The notes beneath the pieces are model-generated. The model was not told the DNA's origin, did not search any database, and was given only the letters and a program-made list of their open reading frames with translations. Below are positions 38,729 through 50,178 of a stretch of DNA of 64,000 bases, in pieces (the stretch's first letter is position 1; each line of letters starts with the position of its first letter). A program made the position numbers and the translations under genes. This DNA comes from Mobula hypostoma (taxonomy: Eukaryota), in contig NC_086097.1 in assembly GCF_963921235.1 (NCBI RefSeq), positions 47,866,001 to 47,930,000 on the forward strand, given 5' to 3'.

Positions 38729-39134
38729 GGAGAACATGATTATGGCAATTATGTAGAAGGCATTAGTCTAAATTGTAGCAACTGTGGAGAAGAACATAGC
38801 TCTGCTATGCAGGGTGTTGCGAATATAAGAAAGGTGTCAAAGTGTAACGTGTTCAGCTGGAAATGGGCATGTCATATTCAGAGGCTCCGCAGAAAGTACA
38901 CAAGACAATAGGTCTCATTGACACTAATGTCCAGATTATAGATAGTTTATAGACAATGTCTAAAGTGCACACTGTATTACCAAGGATTCTCTGATTGTTG
39001 ATAAAGTGAGGTTTGTCACTTTCGTGACAGATGTGGTAAATTGTTAAACTCAAACTAAGAGAAAAATGAAAGTTATTTTAAAAGCTGTAGAAAAAACATC
39101 TGGAGATAAAAGGCATAACTCTAGAAGTTTTCTT

Positions 39135-39395
39135 TTGAGATGCAGAGCGGGATAAGACTTCCTGGCCCTTGAAGGCATGTCACGCAACGATGCCCCAATT
39201 CAATCATAGCCTAATAATGGGACAATTTACAATTACCGATGAACTTACCAACTGGTACGTCTTTGGGCTGTGGGAGGAAACTGGAGGAAAACCACGAGAT
39301 CACGGGGAGACTGTACAAACTCCTTATAGGCAGCACCAGGAATTGAACCCTGGTCACCTGTGTGCTAACCACTATACTACCATGCCACCCCAATG
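39135..39395 (-). mobile_element. tRNA-derived V-SINE-like element (paralogue ~55065-55315)
   Basis: Minus strand GGTGGCATGGTAGTATAGTGGTTAGCAC..GGGTTCAATTCC..GGAGTTTGTACAGTCTCCCCGTG. Confidence 0.75.
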
Positions 39396-39713
39396 GTTTT
39401 AAGTTATTACTGGTGAAGCCCCTTCAATTACTCCAAAAGACTGAGGTTGGGTAAAATACTGAAAGGCTTTTATTCGCTGTACAATACGACCTCCATGGTG
39501 AGTGTCTGCCCCCGGACTGAGGGGGAGGGGCAAGGCGAAACACCTTTATACAGGAATCTGTGGGAGGAGCCACAGGGACAGTCAGCAGAGGGGCGTGTCC
39601 AGACAGTTAACCCAGTTACAACATATATATGGTTTACCACATTCACCCCTCCTTTTGTTTTAGAAAAGAGTCCCGCGGGGTGAAGTGACTGACAATATTT
39701 AAAACAAGTATAT

Positions 39714-41267
39714 TTACAGGTGAAGTCTATCAGGCGGTCGAGTCCGTCGCTGTGATCTACGTAGCACCGGTGGTGATTGCATCGGCGACGGCGGTTGTGC
39801 TGGCTCCGGCCTGACTTGAGGTGCCAGCACATTAGGCGTTGGTAATCCCTCGTGCGTGTGTGTCGCGCCCGGTATGGGAGTGTCGTGTGGTATCTGTGTG
39901 GGGCTTGGAGTGCGCGGTGTCTCGTGGGTATATATATCGGTGGTTACGGGGTCAATAGTCACCACGGAGTGTTCAGGGTAGGGTCCCGGTGCTCCTGCGG
40001 GCGCCAGGTCGCGGATGGAGACTGTGTCCTCCCGCCCATCAGATAAAACCACGTAGGCATACTGAGGGTTTGCATGAAGTAAATGAACCCTCTTGACAAT
40101 CGGGGAGTATTTATTGCTCCTCGCATGCTTCCAGAGCAGCACTGGCCCCGGGAACGTCAGCCAAGTTGGTAGGGTCGTCCCTGTGGTCGACTTTCTGGGA
40201 AATGAAAAGAGCCGCTCATGAGGGGTGGCATTGGTGGACGTACATAACAGGGAGTGGATGGAGTGGAGTGCCTCGGGAAGGACCTCCTGCCAGCGGGAGA
40301 CCGGCAGTCCCTTTGACCTGAGGGCTAAGAGTGTGGCTTTCCACACTGTGCCATTCTCCTTCTCTACCTGTCCATTCCCCCGGGGATTATAGCTCGTGGT
40401 CCTACTGGTTGCAATTCCCCTAGTCAGTAGATATTGGCGCAGCTCGTCACTCATAAACGAGGACCCTCCGTCACTGTGGATATAGCATGGGTATCCGAAC
40501 AGAGTGAAGAGCTTGCGCAGGGCTTTTATAACTGACGTAGTAGTGGTGTCGGGGCAGGGGATGGCGAAGGGGAACCGCGAGTACTCGTCAATTACGTTAA
40601 GGAAGTACACATTGCGGTTGGTGGAGGGAAGGGGGCCCTTAACGTCAACACTCAGTCGCTCAAAGGGGCGGGTGGCCTTGATGAGTGGTGCCTTTTCGGG
40701 TGGGTAGAAGTGTGGTTTGCACTCTGCGCAGACTTGGCAGTCCCTGGTCATCATCCTGATCTCCTCAAGGGAGTAAGGCAGGTTCCGGGCTTTCACAAAG
40801 TGGAAAAGCTGGGTGACCCCCGGGTGGCAAAGATGTACATGTAGGGTGTATAACCGGTCAATCTGTGCGCTGGCGCACATTCCCCGGGATAGGGCATCGG
40901 AGGGCTCGTTGAACTTTCCAGGCCTGTACATGATGTCATATTTGTAGGTGGAGAGTTCGATTCTCCACCTCAGAATTTTATCATTTTTAATTTTGCCCCG
41001 CTGTTGGTTACTAAACATGAATGCGACTGAGCGCTGGTCTGTTAGCAGGGTGAACCTTTTGCCAGCAAGATAGTGCGTGCAGTGCCTAATAGCTTCCACT
41101 ATGGCCTGGGCCTCTCTCTCCACTGCGGAGTGCTGAATTTCAGGGCCTTGAAGGGTACGGGAGAAGAACGCCACTGGTCTTCCCACCTGGTTGAGGGTAG
41201 CAGCCAGTGCAAAGTCGGAGGCGTCACTCTCCACTTGGAAGGGAATGGCCTCATCCACCGCATGCAT
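39714..41267 (-). CDS. Gypsy pol fragment: RNase H and integrase (517 aa)
   Basis: VESDASD..LTDQRS; HVHLCHPG..CQVC; SVDVKGP..IHSDGG..GNGQVEKEN; ends RRSQRRTRPPDRL; no chromodomain. Confidence 0.9.
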   Translation of the reverse strand: MHAVDEAIPFQVESDASDFALAATLNQVGRPVAFFSRTLQGPEIQHSAVEREAQAIVEAIRHCTHYLAGKRFTLLTDQRSVAFMFSNQQRGKIKNDKILRWRIELSTYKYDIMYRPGKFNEPSDALSRGMCASAQIDRLYTLHVHLCHPGVTQLFHFVKARNLPYSLEEIRMMTRDCQVCAECKPHFYPPEKAPLIKATRPFERLSVDVKGPLPSTNRNVYFLNVIDEYSRFPFAIPCPDTTTTSVIKALRKLFTLFGYPCYIHSDGGSSFMSDELRQYLLTRGIATSRTTSYNPRGNGQVEKENGTVWKATLLALRSKGLPVSRWQEVLPEALHSIHSLLCTSTNATPHERLFSFPRKSTTGTTLPTWLTFPGPVLLWKHARSNKYSPIVKRVHLLHANPQYAYVVLSDGREDTVSIRDLAPAGAPGPYPEHSVVTIDPVTTDIYTHETPRTPSPTQIPHDTPIPGATHTHEGLPTPNVLAPQVRPEPAQPPSPMQSPPVLRRSQRRTRPPDRLHL

Positions 41268-42109
41268 TGCTGCTTTGGCAATGCCCCTTTTATGCGGTTG
41301 AAGGCCGCGTGGGCCTCGGCAGAGAGGGGGAATGTGGTGGACTTGACCAGGGGGCGGGCCTTGTCTGTGTAGTTAGAGACCCATTGGGAGTAATATGAAA
41401 AGAAGCCCAGGCACCTTTTGAGGGCTCTGAGGGTGTTGGGAAGAGGGAGTTCCAACAGGGGGTGCATATGGTCAGGGTCAGGGCCAATGACTCCATTCTC
41501 CGCGACACACCCAAGGATAGCAAGTCGGGTGGTCCTGAATACACACTTGTCCTTGTTATAGGTGAGATTGAAAGCTTTGGCCACTTGGAGAAATTTTTGT
41601 AGGTTGTTGTTATGATCCTGCCGGTCATGACCGCAGATGGTGATGTTATCCAGATATGGGAACGAGGCCTTCGGTTGGCACTGGTCCACCATCCGGTTCA
41701 TTTCCCTTTGGAAGACAGATACACCATTCGTGACACCGAAGGGGACGCGCTGGAATTGATAAAGCCCGCCGTCCGCCTCGAAGGCAGTGTAAGGGTGGTC
41801 CTCCTGGCGGACGGGGAGCTGATGGTAAGCGGATTTTAGGTCTATGGTCGAGTACACCTTGTAATGTGCTATCTGATTGATCATATCTGCGATGCCGGGT
41901 AGAGGGCACGCATCGAGCTGCGTGAACCTATTGATGGTCTGGCTATAGTCCACGACCATCCTATTCTTCTCCCCGTTCTGAACAACGACCACCTGCGCCC
42001 TCCAAGGACTTGTGCTTGCCTCAATGATCCCTTCCCTGAGCAGCCGCTGCACCTCTGACTTAATGAAGGCTCTGTTCCCCACGCTGTACCTCCTGCTTTT
42101 AGTTGCCAC
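41099..42109 (-). CDS. Gypsy pol fragment: reverse transcriptase
   Basis: SPWRAQVVVV..RMVVDYS..IDLKSAYHQL..PFGVTNG..YLDNI (YLDD mutated). Confidence 0.88.
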   Translation of the reverse strand: MATKSRRYSVGNRAFIKSEVQRLLREGIIEASTSPWRAQVVVVQNGEKNRMVVDYSQTINRFTQLDACPLPGIADMINQIAHYKVYSTIDLKSAYHQLPVRQEDHPYTAFEADGGLYQFQRVPFGVTNGVSVFQREMNRMVDQCQPKASFPYLDNITICGHDRQDHNNNLQKFLQVAKAFNLTYNKDKCVFRTTRLAILGCVAENGVIGPDPDHMHPLLELPLPNTLRALKRCLGFFSYYSQWVSNYTDKARPLVKSTTFPLSAEAHAAFNRIKGALPKQQCMRWMRPFPSKWRVTPPTLHWLLPSTRWEDQWRSSPVPFKALKFSTPQWRERPRP

Positions 42110-45100
42110 AGGTTGACAGTCGGGGGGGTCAGGTTGACGAACAGTGGTGGGAAAGGGATCCTGAGGGTGGAGAGGCCGCGAGTGGCGTCGGTAGTGCGGC
42201 AGTTGGCATGGTGTTGGGTGGGATGTGCGGGTCGGTGTGTGTGTGTGTGGTCAGTAGTGGGGTATGTGACGTATTCCTACAAAACTGGGGATTTAAGACA
42301 GTAATTGGCGGGAGGGGCCCAACATACTCCATTGTCACACTTTTCAGGTGGCTCTGGAAGTCCAACCCCAATAGCACAGGGGCACACAGTTGAGGCATGA
42401 CCAGTAATGTAAAGTCTCGATATTCTGTGCCCTGCACCACAAGTGTCGCTACAAAACCCCCCCCCGGATGTCTGTTGTATGCGACCCGGAAGCCATGGTG
42501 ACCTCTGACTTACCGGCCGTATCATGAGTCCGCAATGCTGCACCATGTCGGGGTGGATAAAACTCTCCATGCTGCCAGTGTCAAACAGGCAGCTTGTCCT
42601 GCGCCCCTCCACCAGGATGTCCATCATTGACCATGTGAGCTGGTGGGGAACGCTTTGGTCGAGGGTCACGGAAGCCAAGGTTGACTCACTGTCTTGGTCC
42701 GGCGTGGTGGGGTGCCCCGTGAGAACCCGTTGGTCGTAGGCAGTGGGAGGTGGCGCCGACCAAGATGGCCACCCCCATCTCTCGCATGTGATGGTGGCGT
42801 GCAGGGAAGATGGCGGCAGGCAAGATGGCGACCCCCATGTTTCGCACGCGGCGCTGCTCGATCCCGCTCGCGGTTTGGACTTACAGGCCTTGGTGAAGTG
42901 GCCCTTCTTTCCGCAGCTGGAGCAGGTAGCTTCTCGGGCCGGGCAGCGTTTCCGGGGGTGCTTCTGGAGTCCGCAGAAGTAGCACTTTGCGGACTCGCGA
43001 CTGGCAGCAGCCGAGGTCGATTCGCTGGTGGGTTACGGGGTCTGCGGCGCCCACGAGGCCATCGGGGGATCGCGTGCCTGGAGAGCCTCGGAGTTATGCA
43101 GAGCGGCCTTCAGAGTGTCGGCCAGTTTGATCGCCGAACTTAAGGTAAGATCGGCTTTTTCCAAAAGCTGCTGGCGCCCATACACTGACCTGGTCCCCGT
43201 GACGAAGGCGTCCCTCTCTAGGAGCTCTGCATGCTGCGCCGCCGTCAGCTCCTGGCAATTGCAGGCTCGCACGAGTGTCTGTAGGGCCTGGACAAACTCA
43301 GCACTCGATTCCCCGGGCCGTTGTTGCCGTGTCGCTAAGCGGTGCCGAGCATAGACGCTGTTTATCGGCTGCAGGTATTGTCTTTTGAGGGTGCTCATCG
43401 CGCCCTCTTAGCTCAGCTGGTCTCTGATCAGCGAATAGACCCGTGGACTGACCCTGGAGAGCTGAACTCTGCAGTTCGCTACGGGGTCGGTCGCTTTAAT
43501 CTCCTCTAGGTACGCTTTGAAGCAGGCCAGCCGTAGTTCAAAAGCGTTTCCAGCTTCAGGCGTTTGCGGATCGATGTCTATCTTGTCGGCCTCAGAGCGT
43601 GTTCCATGCTTTAAAATTTACAGCGAATAAAGTTGAAGCACCTTTAATTACTCCAAAAGACTGAAGTTGGGTAAAATACTGAAAGGCTTTTATTCGCTGT
43701 ACAATACGACCTCCATGCTGAGTGTCTGCCCCCGGACTGAGGGGGAGGGACAAGGCGAAATCACCTTTATTCAGGAATCTGTGAGAGGAGCCACAGGGGC
43801 AGTCAGCAGAGGGGCGTGTCCAGACAGTTAACCCCATTACGACATATATATGGTTTACCACAACTGGTACCTTACAAGAAGTAGTAAATAATATTCAGAC
43901 TTCAAAGGAGAGTTGTTAATTTTTTTTCTTATCTTACAATGGAATGCCAGAAAGCCTGTTTGCAAATGGTCCACAGATTAAGAAATTTATTGAAGATTTA
44001 CCTAATAAACCTGTTATATGTGTACAGGAAGCCTGGTTGAAATCTTGTCTAAGTTTCAAGGTACAAGGTTATGTTGATATAAGATGTGATCAGAAAATGG
44101 GTCATGGAGGAGGAGGGGCAGCAAAGTTGGGATAAGGAAAAGACAGGATGAGAACTCAGCTGGTAGAATGGTATAAAAGGAGAGAAGTTGTACATTACAT
44201 ATTGGACATACTAGGTTGAATAATTCCCGGTTCAGAGTTAACATGCATGATACTGGCATGTGTAGGGAGTGCACTTGTCAAGAAATGGTGGAGCATATCT
44301 TGTTTGAATGCAGTTGCTATGAGATGATAAGGAAACATCTCATCACTCAATTGAGATATTTGGGACAAAGTTTAACATGGAAAGTTCATTGGAATATCAC
44401 TGCCATCATAATGTATGTAAGTGTGTATTTGCCTTTCAGAAAAGTATTTGACGTTTTGATATTAACTAGGTTTTTGGGGGAGTGGAATTTACTGGGTATA
44501 CTTCCCTTCTCTTTGCTCCACACTCCAACTCAGTAGGTGACTGTAATAGCCAACTGTCAAGAAACATTACAAGAAGAAGAAGACCAAACATTAGAAAGGG
44601 GAAGAAATGTGATCTAAATGACTTTGACCAGGGAATGATTGTTGGTGCCAAATGGGGTGGGTTGAGTATCTCAGAAACTGATGAGCTCTTGGGATTTTCA
44701 CACACAACATTCTGTAGATCTTACAGAGAATGGTGTGAAAAACAAAAAAAATACATTCAGTGAACGGCAGTTCTGTGGGCAAAAATGCCTTGTTAATGAG
44801 CAGAAATCAGAGGAGAATGGTTAGACTGACGGAAAGCTGGCAGTAACTTTGATAACTACACTGTAGCACAGTGGTGTACAGAAGAGCATCACTGAATGCA
44901 AAACAGGTTGTACCTTTGAAGTGAATGGACTGCAGCAGCAGAAGACCACATAAACACAAAGTCAGTGGCTGCTTTATTAGGTACCACCTCATTTCTACTG
45001 TGTATATATTGGCTAGGTTTCAGTTTCTTGGCAATTCTAGATACATGATTATTTGGAAGCACGTAGGCTATGTGCTGATGGATAATGAAAATTAAATTGC

Positions 45101-45319
45101 ACAATGTATGGTGTAATACAAAAATAAGATTACTGTCATGTAAAACGTAGTCAAAGTTAACACATACTTTTCTTGGAAATAATTTGTGACAATAAACATC
45201 AGTTAGTCATTACAAATCTGCTGAGCAGGAAGAGTTGAGCATGTTTTCCCTTTCATGTACTTTCATGACTGAGTGGAAGATCTTCTAGTTGATCATCAGG
45301 AATAGTGAATATCTTGAGA

Positions 45320-46230
45320 CAGAATCCTACCACCAAACACATCTTTACCTCCTACCCCTTACTCTCCACTTTCCGCAGAGATTGCCCACTCTGTGATTCT
45401 CTTGTTTATTCATCTTTCCCTATTAATCTCCCTCCTGGCATATTTCCCTGCAAGCAACAGAAATGCTACACTTTCCCATTTAACTCCTCCCTTACGTCTA
45501 CTCAGGCCTGAGAGCAGTCTTCCAAGTGAGGAACACGTTACCTGTGAATCTGTTGAGGACGGCTATTGTATCCGGTGCTCCTGAAGTGGCCTGCTCTACA
45601 TTGGTGCGACCTGACATAAATTGGGGGGAAACCACTTTGTCAAGCACCTTGGCACCATCTGCCAAAAGTGGAATTTCCTACTGACCAACCATTTAAGTTC
45701 CTATCCCCATTCCTTTTCCAACAAGTCAGTCCATGGCATCCTCTTGGTTGGTCCATGCCATGATGAGGCCATTCTCAGGCTTGAGGAGCAACACCTCATG
45801 TTCCGTCTAAATAGCCTCCAACCTGATGGCAGGTGCATTGATTTTGCCTTATGGTAAAAAACAAATCCCTCCCCCTTCTCTCTTCTATTCCACTCTATAG
45901 CCTCATACTTGTTCTCCTCACCTGCCTATCAGCCCCCCTTCTTCGCTTTCTCTTGTAAGCCACTCTTTTCTCCTATCAGATATTTTCTTCCCCATCACTT
46001 TACCTTTCTCACCCACCCAGCTAACCTGTCACCACCTAGCTAGTCCTCTTTCCCCATCTCTACCTTTTTATTCTGGTGTCTTCTCCTTTCCTTTCCAGTT
46101 TTGAAGAAGGGTCTTGGCCCAAAATGTCAACTATACTCATTTCCATAGATGCTGCCTGACCTGCTGAGTTTTTCCAGCATCTTGCGTGTGTTTCTTTGGA
46201 CTTCCAGCATCTGCAGATTTTCTCTTCTTT
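45320..46230 (+). mobile_element. Old Penelope remnant (paralogue ~56780-57690; more decayed copies at ~35875-36190 and ~52160-52475)
   Basis: PTTKHIF..PPGIFPCKQQKCYT..RLEEQHLMFRLNSLQPDG, then the 3' tail. Confidence 0.85.
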
Positions 46231-46234
46231 GTTT

Positions 46235-47383
46235 CTTCTCAAGATGGATCTGTTTATGTGCACCATGCCCTGATCAAAAACAACTTTCAGAGTACCTTTA
46301 GAAGAAGAATTATAGAAATGCATGAAACTGGAAAAAGCTACAAAAGCATTTCTCAAGACCTGATTGTTCATCAGTCCACAGTAAGAGAAATTGTTTACAA
46401 ATAGAGGAAACTCAGTACTGTTGCTACTTTTCTAAGGAGTGGGTGTCCTGCAAAGATCACACCAAGAGCACAAGGTGCAATGCATTATAAGAAAAACAAG
46501 AATGCTCTTCATGGAAGGACATCATGGAGGAAGCCACTGCTCTCCAAAAAAAAAATATTGCTGCACCTCTTAAGCTTGCAAAGGACAATCTGGATGTTTT
46601 ACAACACTTCTGGGACAATGTTCTGTGGACAGGTGAGACAAAAGTTGAACATTTTGGCAGAGGTGCACATGTTTGTGTTTGGAGGAAAAAGGGCACTGCA
46701 CACCAACACCAAAATCTCATCCCAACTGTGAAGAATGCTTGAAGGAGCGTCATGGTTTGGAGCTGCTTTGCTGCCTCCTTGAAGGAACACTTAATTCAAA
46801 GCTGTATCAAGATACTTTACAGGAGAATATTAGAGTAGCAGTCTGTCACCTGAATCTTGATAGAATTTTTATGATGCAACAAGTCAATAATCTGAAAAAC
46901 AAGAGTAGATCAACAACAGAGTTGTTCAAAAAGGAGAAAATTTGTTTTTAGAAATGGTTGAGTTGAAGTCCAAACCCTAATCCTATAGAAATGTTGTGGA
47001 AGGACCTGAAGCCAGCAGTTCACACAAGGAAATCCACCCACAACCCAGTTATAGCAGTTTTGTAAGGAGGAAGCCTAAAATTCCTCCTAGCTGATGTGCA
47101 AGACTGATCAACAGTTCCTGGAAACATCTGGTTGAAGTTATTGCTGTACAAGGGAATCACACCAGTTACTGAAAGCAAAGGTTCACATACTTTTCCAACA
47201 AATACATGTTATATTGGATATTTTTCTCAATAAAGAAGCAAGTATTATGGATTATGTTTTATTTATTTTCTTGGATTATCTTTATCTAGCTTTAGAAGTT
47301 AAATGAATATCTGATATTTTAGGTCATATTTATCCAGAAATAGAGAAAATTCTACAGGGTTCACTAACTTTCTAGCACCACTG
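46235..47383 (+). mobile_element. Tc1 transposon, 5'-truncated and decayed (paralogue ~57700-58838)
   Basis: HETGKSYKSISQDL, FWDNVLWTGETKVEHFG..NLIPTVK; ends ..TAGCACCACTG followed by TA. Confidence 0.88.
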
Positions 47384-47589
47384 TATGTTTATGCTTTGCA
47401 TGACCTTGCTGTTTTCTTGCAATGTACCTTCATTTTACAGTTCTTATTTTGTTGTGGAGCAAATTGTTCAGTGTGGCATTTGGAGCATTCAACATCCATT
47501 TCTGCCAAAAAGTATTGTGCAATTCCAATATAAATCTGCATTGACATTGATGACCCATCTTTCATGGCATAGTGTACCAAACAACAGTT

Positions 47590-48690
47590 CAGATTGGCAA
47601 CAACTTCTACTTCACGAGGTGCACCTCAAGTCTGGATGCTTATCCCCCTATGCCTAGTGGCTTTACACTTATGACTGTGTGGCTAACACACCTCCAAAGC
47701 CATATTCAAGTTGGCTGATGACACTAATGTCATAGTCGGAATCAAAGGTGGTAATGAATCAGCGTGAAGGGAGGGAGATTGAAAATCTGTACCGAGTGGT
47801 GCCATAACAACAACCTCTTTCAATGGCAACAAGAGCAAGGACTTTATTGACTTCAGGAGAAGGAAACTGGAGGTCCATGAACCAGTGCTCAATGGTGGAT
47901 CAGAGGTGGAGAGGGTCAGCAACTTTAAATTCCTTGGTGTTATTATTTCAGAAGACCTGTCCTGGGCCCAGCACATAAGTACATTACAAAGAAAGCATGG
48001 CAGCGCCTCTACTTCCTGAGAAATTTGCAAAGATTTGGCATGACATCTGAAACTTCGATGAACTTCTATAGATGTACAGTGGAGAGTATATTAACTGACT
48101 GCTAATATCCTGGCATGTAAACACTAGTGAATGAAAAGTCCTACAAAAAGTTTTGAATATGGCCCAGTTCATCATGGAGAAAGCCCATCCAACCATTGCG
48201 CGCATCTACATCGAGTGTTGTTGCAGGAAAGCAGCATCTGCCGTCAGAGACCCCCACCACCCAGGACATGCTCTCTTCTCACTGCTGCCACCAGGAAGAA
48301 TGGATAGGAGCCTTTGGATACACACCACCGGGTTAGGGAATATTCATTGCCCCTCAACCATCAGGCTTTTGAACCAAAAGGGATAACTACATTCAACTTC
48401 ACTTGTCCCATTATTGAAATGTTCCCACAAGCTATGGACTCACATTCAAGGACTCTTCGTCTCATGTTCTAGATATGTATTGCTTACTTATTTATTTTTG
48501 TTATTCCTTTCATTTTGTGTTTATACAGGATGTTGTCTTTTGCGTACTTGTTGAACACCCATGTAGATTGATTCTGTTATGCTTGTTATTCTTTTTTCTG
48601 GATTTATTGAGTACTCTCTCAACAAAATGTATCTCTAGTTTGTATACTGTGATATATATGTACTTTGATAATAAATTTACTTTGAACTTC
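47590..48690 (+). mobile_element. Rex/Babar LINE 3' part at the junction of duplication copies A and B
   Basis: KLADDTN.., RLYFLR.., DPHHPGHALFSLLPPGR; tail AATAAATTTACTTTGAAC, also present at 33620-33640. Confidence 0.8.
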
Positions 48691-49169
48691 CTCACATTAA
48701 GTATTCAGTACTCTGGGAGTGAGGAATTAGATATTTATGCCAATGTCTTAGTGTTGACAAATACGAGTTTCACAGTCTTTTGCATTATGAGGGAAACCAA
48801 GGTCTTTGCTAAAACAACTAATGAAGATACAGTAAACCAATCTGCAGTAGAACCAAATACTCCAATGCTCTGAACAGAAGTGAATCCAGTGACGTATGCT
48901 GTTTACATAGTTCTACTGCATTAACGAAATTGCAGCCAAATCAACCTGGTATCATGTCACCATATTCCTGCGCACAAGGATTTCCAATTTCAAATTTAAC
49001 ATATACCCAGTGGCTATTTGATTAGGTACAGATTTTACACTTGCTTGTTAATGCAAATAGGTAATCAGCCAATCATGTGACAGCAACTCAATGCACAAAA
49101 ACATGCAGATATTGTTAAAAAGTTCAGTTGTTGTTCAGATTAAACATCAGAATGGTGAAGAAATGTAAT

Positions 49170-50085
49170 TAGAGTCAGAATCAGGTTTATTATCACTGAC
49201 ATGTGACATGAAATTTGTTAACTTAGCAGCAGCAGTTCAATTGAATACATAATATAGAAGAAAAAAAAACAAATAAAATAAAAATAATAAATAAGTAAAT
49301 CAATTACAGTATATGTATATTAAATAGATTTTTTAAAGTAAAAGAAACAGAAATACAGTATATTTTTTAAAAAAGTGAGGTAGTGTCGAAAGGTTCAATG
49401 TCCATTTAGGAATTGGATGACAGAGGGGAAAAAGCTGTTCCTGAATGGCTGAGTGTGTGCTTTCAGGCTTCTGTATCTCCTACCTGATGGTGACAGTGAG
49501 AAAAGGGCATGCCCTGGGTGCTGGAGGTCATTAATAATGGACGCTGCCTTTCTGAGACACCGCTCCTTAAAGATGTCCTGGGTACTTTATAGGCTAGTAG
49601 CCAAAATGGAGCTGACTAGATTTACAACCTTCTGCATCCTCTTTTGGTCCGGTGCAGTAGCACCCTACCCCATACCAGACAGTGATGCGGCCTCTCAGAA
49701 TGCTCTTCATGCCACATCTATAGAAATTTTTGACTGTATTTGTTGATGTGCCAAATCTCTTCAAACTCCTAATGAAGTATAGTTGCTGTCTTGCCTTCCT
49801 TATAACTACATTGATGTGTTCAGAAGTTATGTCCCCAGAGATCTTGACATCCAGGAACTTGAAGCTGCTCACTGTCTTCACTTCTGAACCCTCTATGAGG
49901 ATTGGTGTGTGTTTCTTCATCTCACCCTTCCTGAAGTCCACAAATAGCTCTTTCGTCTAACTAACGTTGAGTGCCAGGTTGTTGCTGCGACACCACTCCA
50001 CTAGTTGGCATATCTCACTCCTGTACGGCCTCTCGTCACCACCTCAGATTCTACTAATAATGGTTGTCAGCAAATTTATGGATGG
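49170..50085 (-). mobile_element. Rex/Babar LINE 3' fragment specific to copy B
   Basis: VSSFKFL..KARQQLYFIRSLKRFG..NFYRC. Confidence 0.85.
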
Positions 50086-50178
50086 TATGTAAATTTGCTG
50101 ATGCAGGTGACTGAATGTAGAATGACTGTTGGTGCCAAACGGGATGGTTTGAGTGTCTCAGAAACTTCCTGGCATTTT

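Larger units (their letters stand above)
39414..43862 (-). mobile_element. Full-length Ty3/Gypsy LTR retrotransposon (4449 bp), frameshifted
   Basis: LTRs 39414-39641 and 43634-43862 (TG..CA); TSD ACTGG at 39409-39413 and 43863-43867; PPT AAAAGGAGGGGTGAA next to the left (3') LTR; gag ATG at 43607; protease LFDTGS; RT YLDN; RNase H; integrase. Confidence 0.97.
36853..44579 (+). mobile_element. Nimb/I-clade LINE, internally deleted, hosting CR1, SINE and Gypsy insertions
   Basis: 12-bp TSD AAGACCAAACAT at 36841-36852 and 44580-44591; (AAG)n tail. ORF1 knuckles RCGGEHDYG..CSNCGEEHSS. APE start ICVQEAWL fused to C-terminal CRECTCQEMVEHILFEC. Confidence 0.85.
33573..47580 (+). repeat. Tandem segmental duplication, copy A
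   Basis: Colinear with 48622-59036; paired ORFs 36260/52544, 36895/53179, 38126/54412, 44216/55682, 45305/56765. Confidence 0.95.

Noticed and set aside
38126..38911. Cys/Gly-rich, Val/Arg-rich and Thr-rich repeat ORFs as a novel protein, or the array as CRISPR
   Set aside because: They are all reading frames of one 36-bp minisatellite in a dead LINE ORF1. There are no spacers, and the context is eukaryotic.
39340..39395. tRNA gene (A/B boxes)
   Set aside because: It is the head of a SINE, with no cloverleaf.
48700..48873. Module as a conserved receptor tail with Tyr motif DIYANV
   Set aside because: Differences between module copies are mostly non-synonymous, the Tyr is Phe in copies 2 and 4, stop positions differ, and copies 1 and 3 lack an equivalent acceptor. 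There is no sign of coding constraint.
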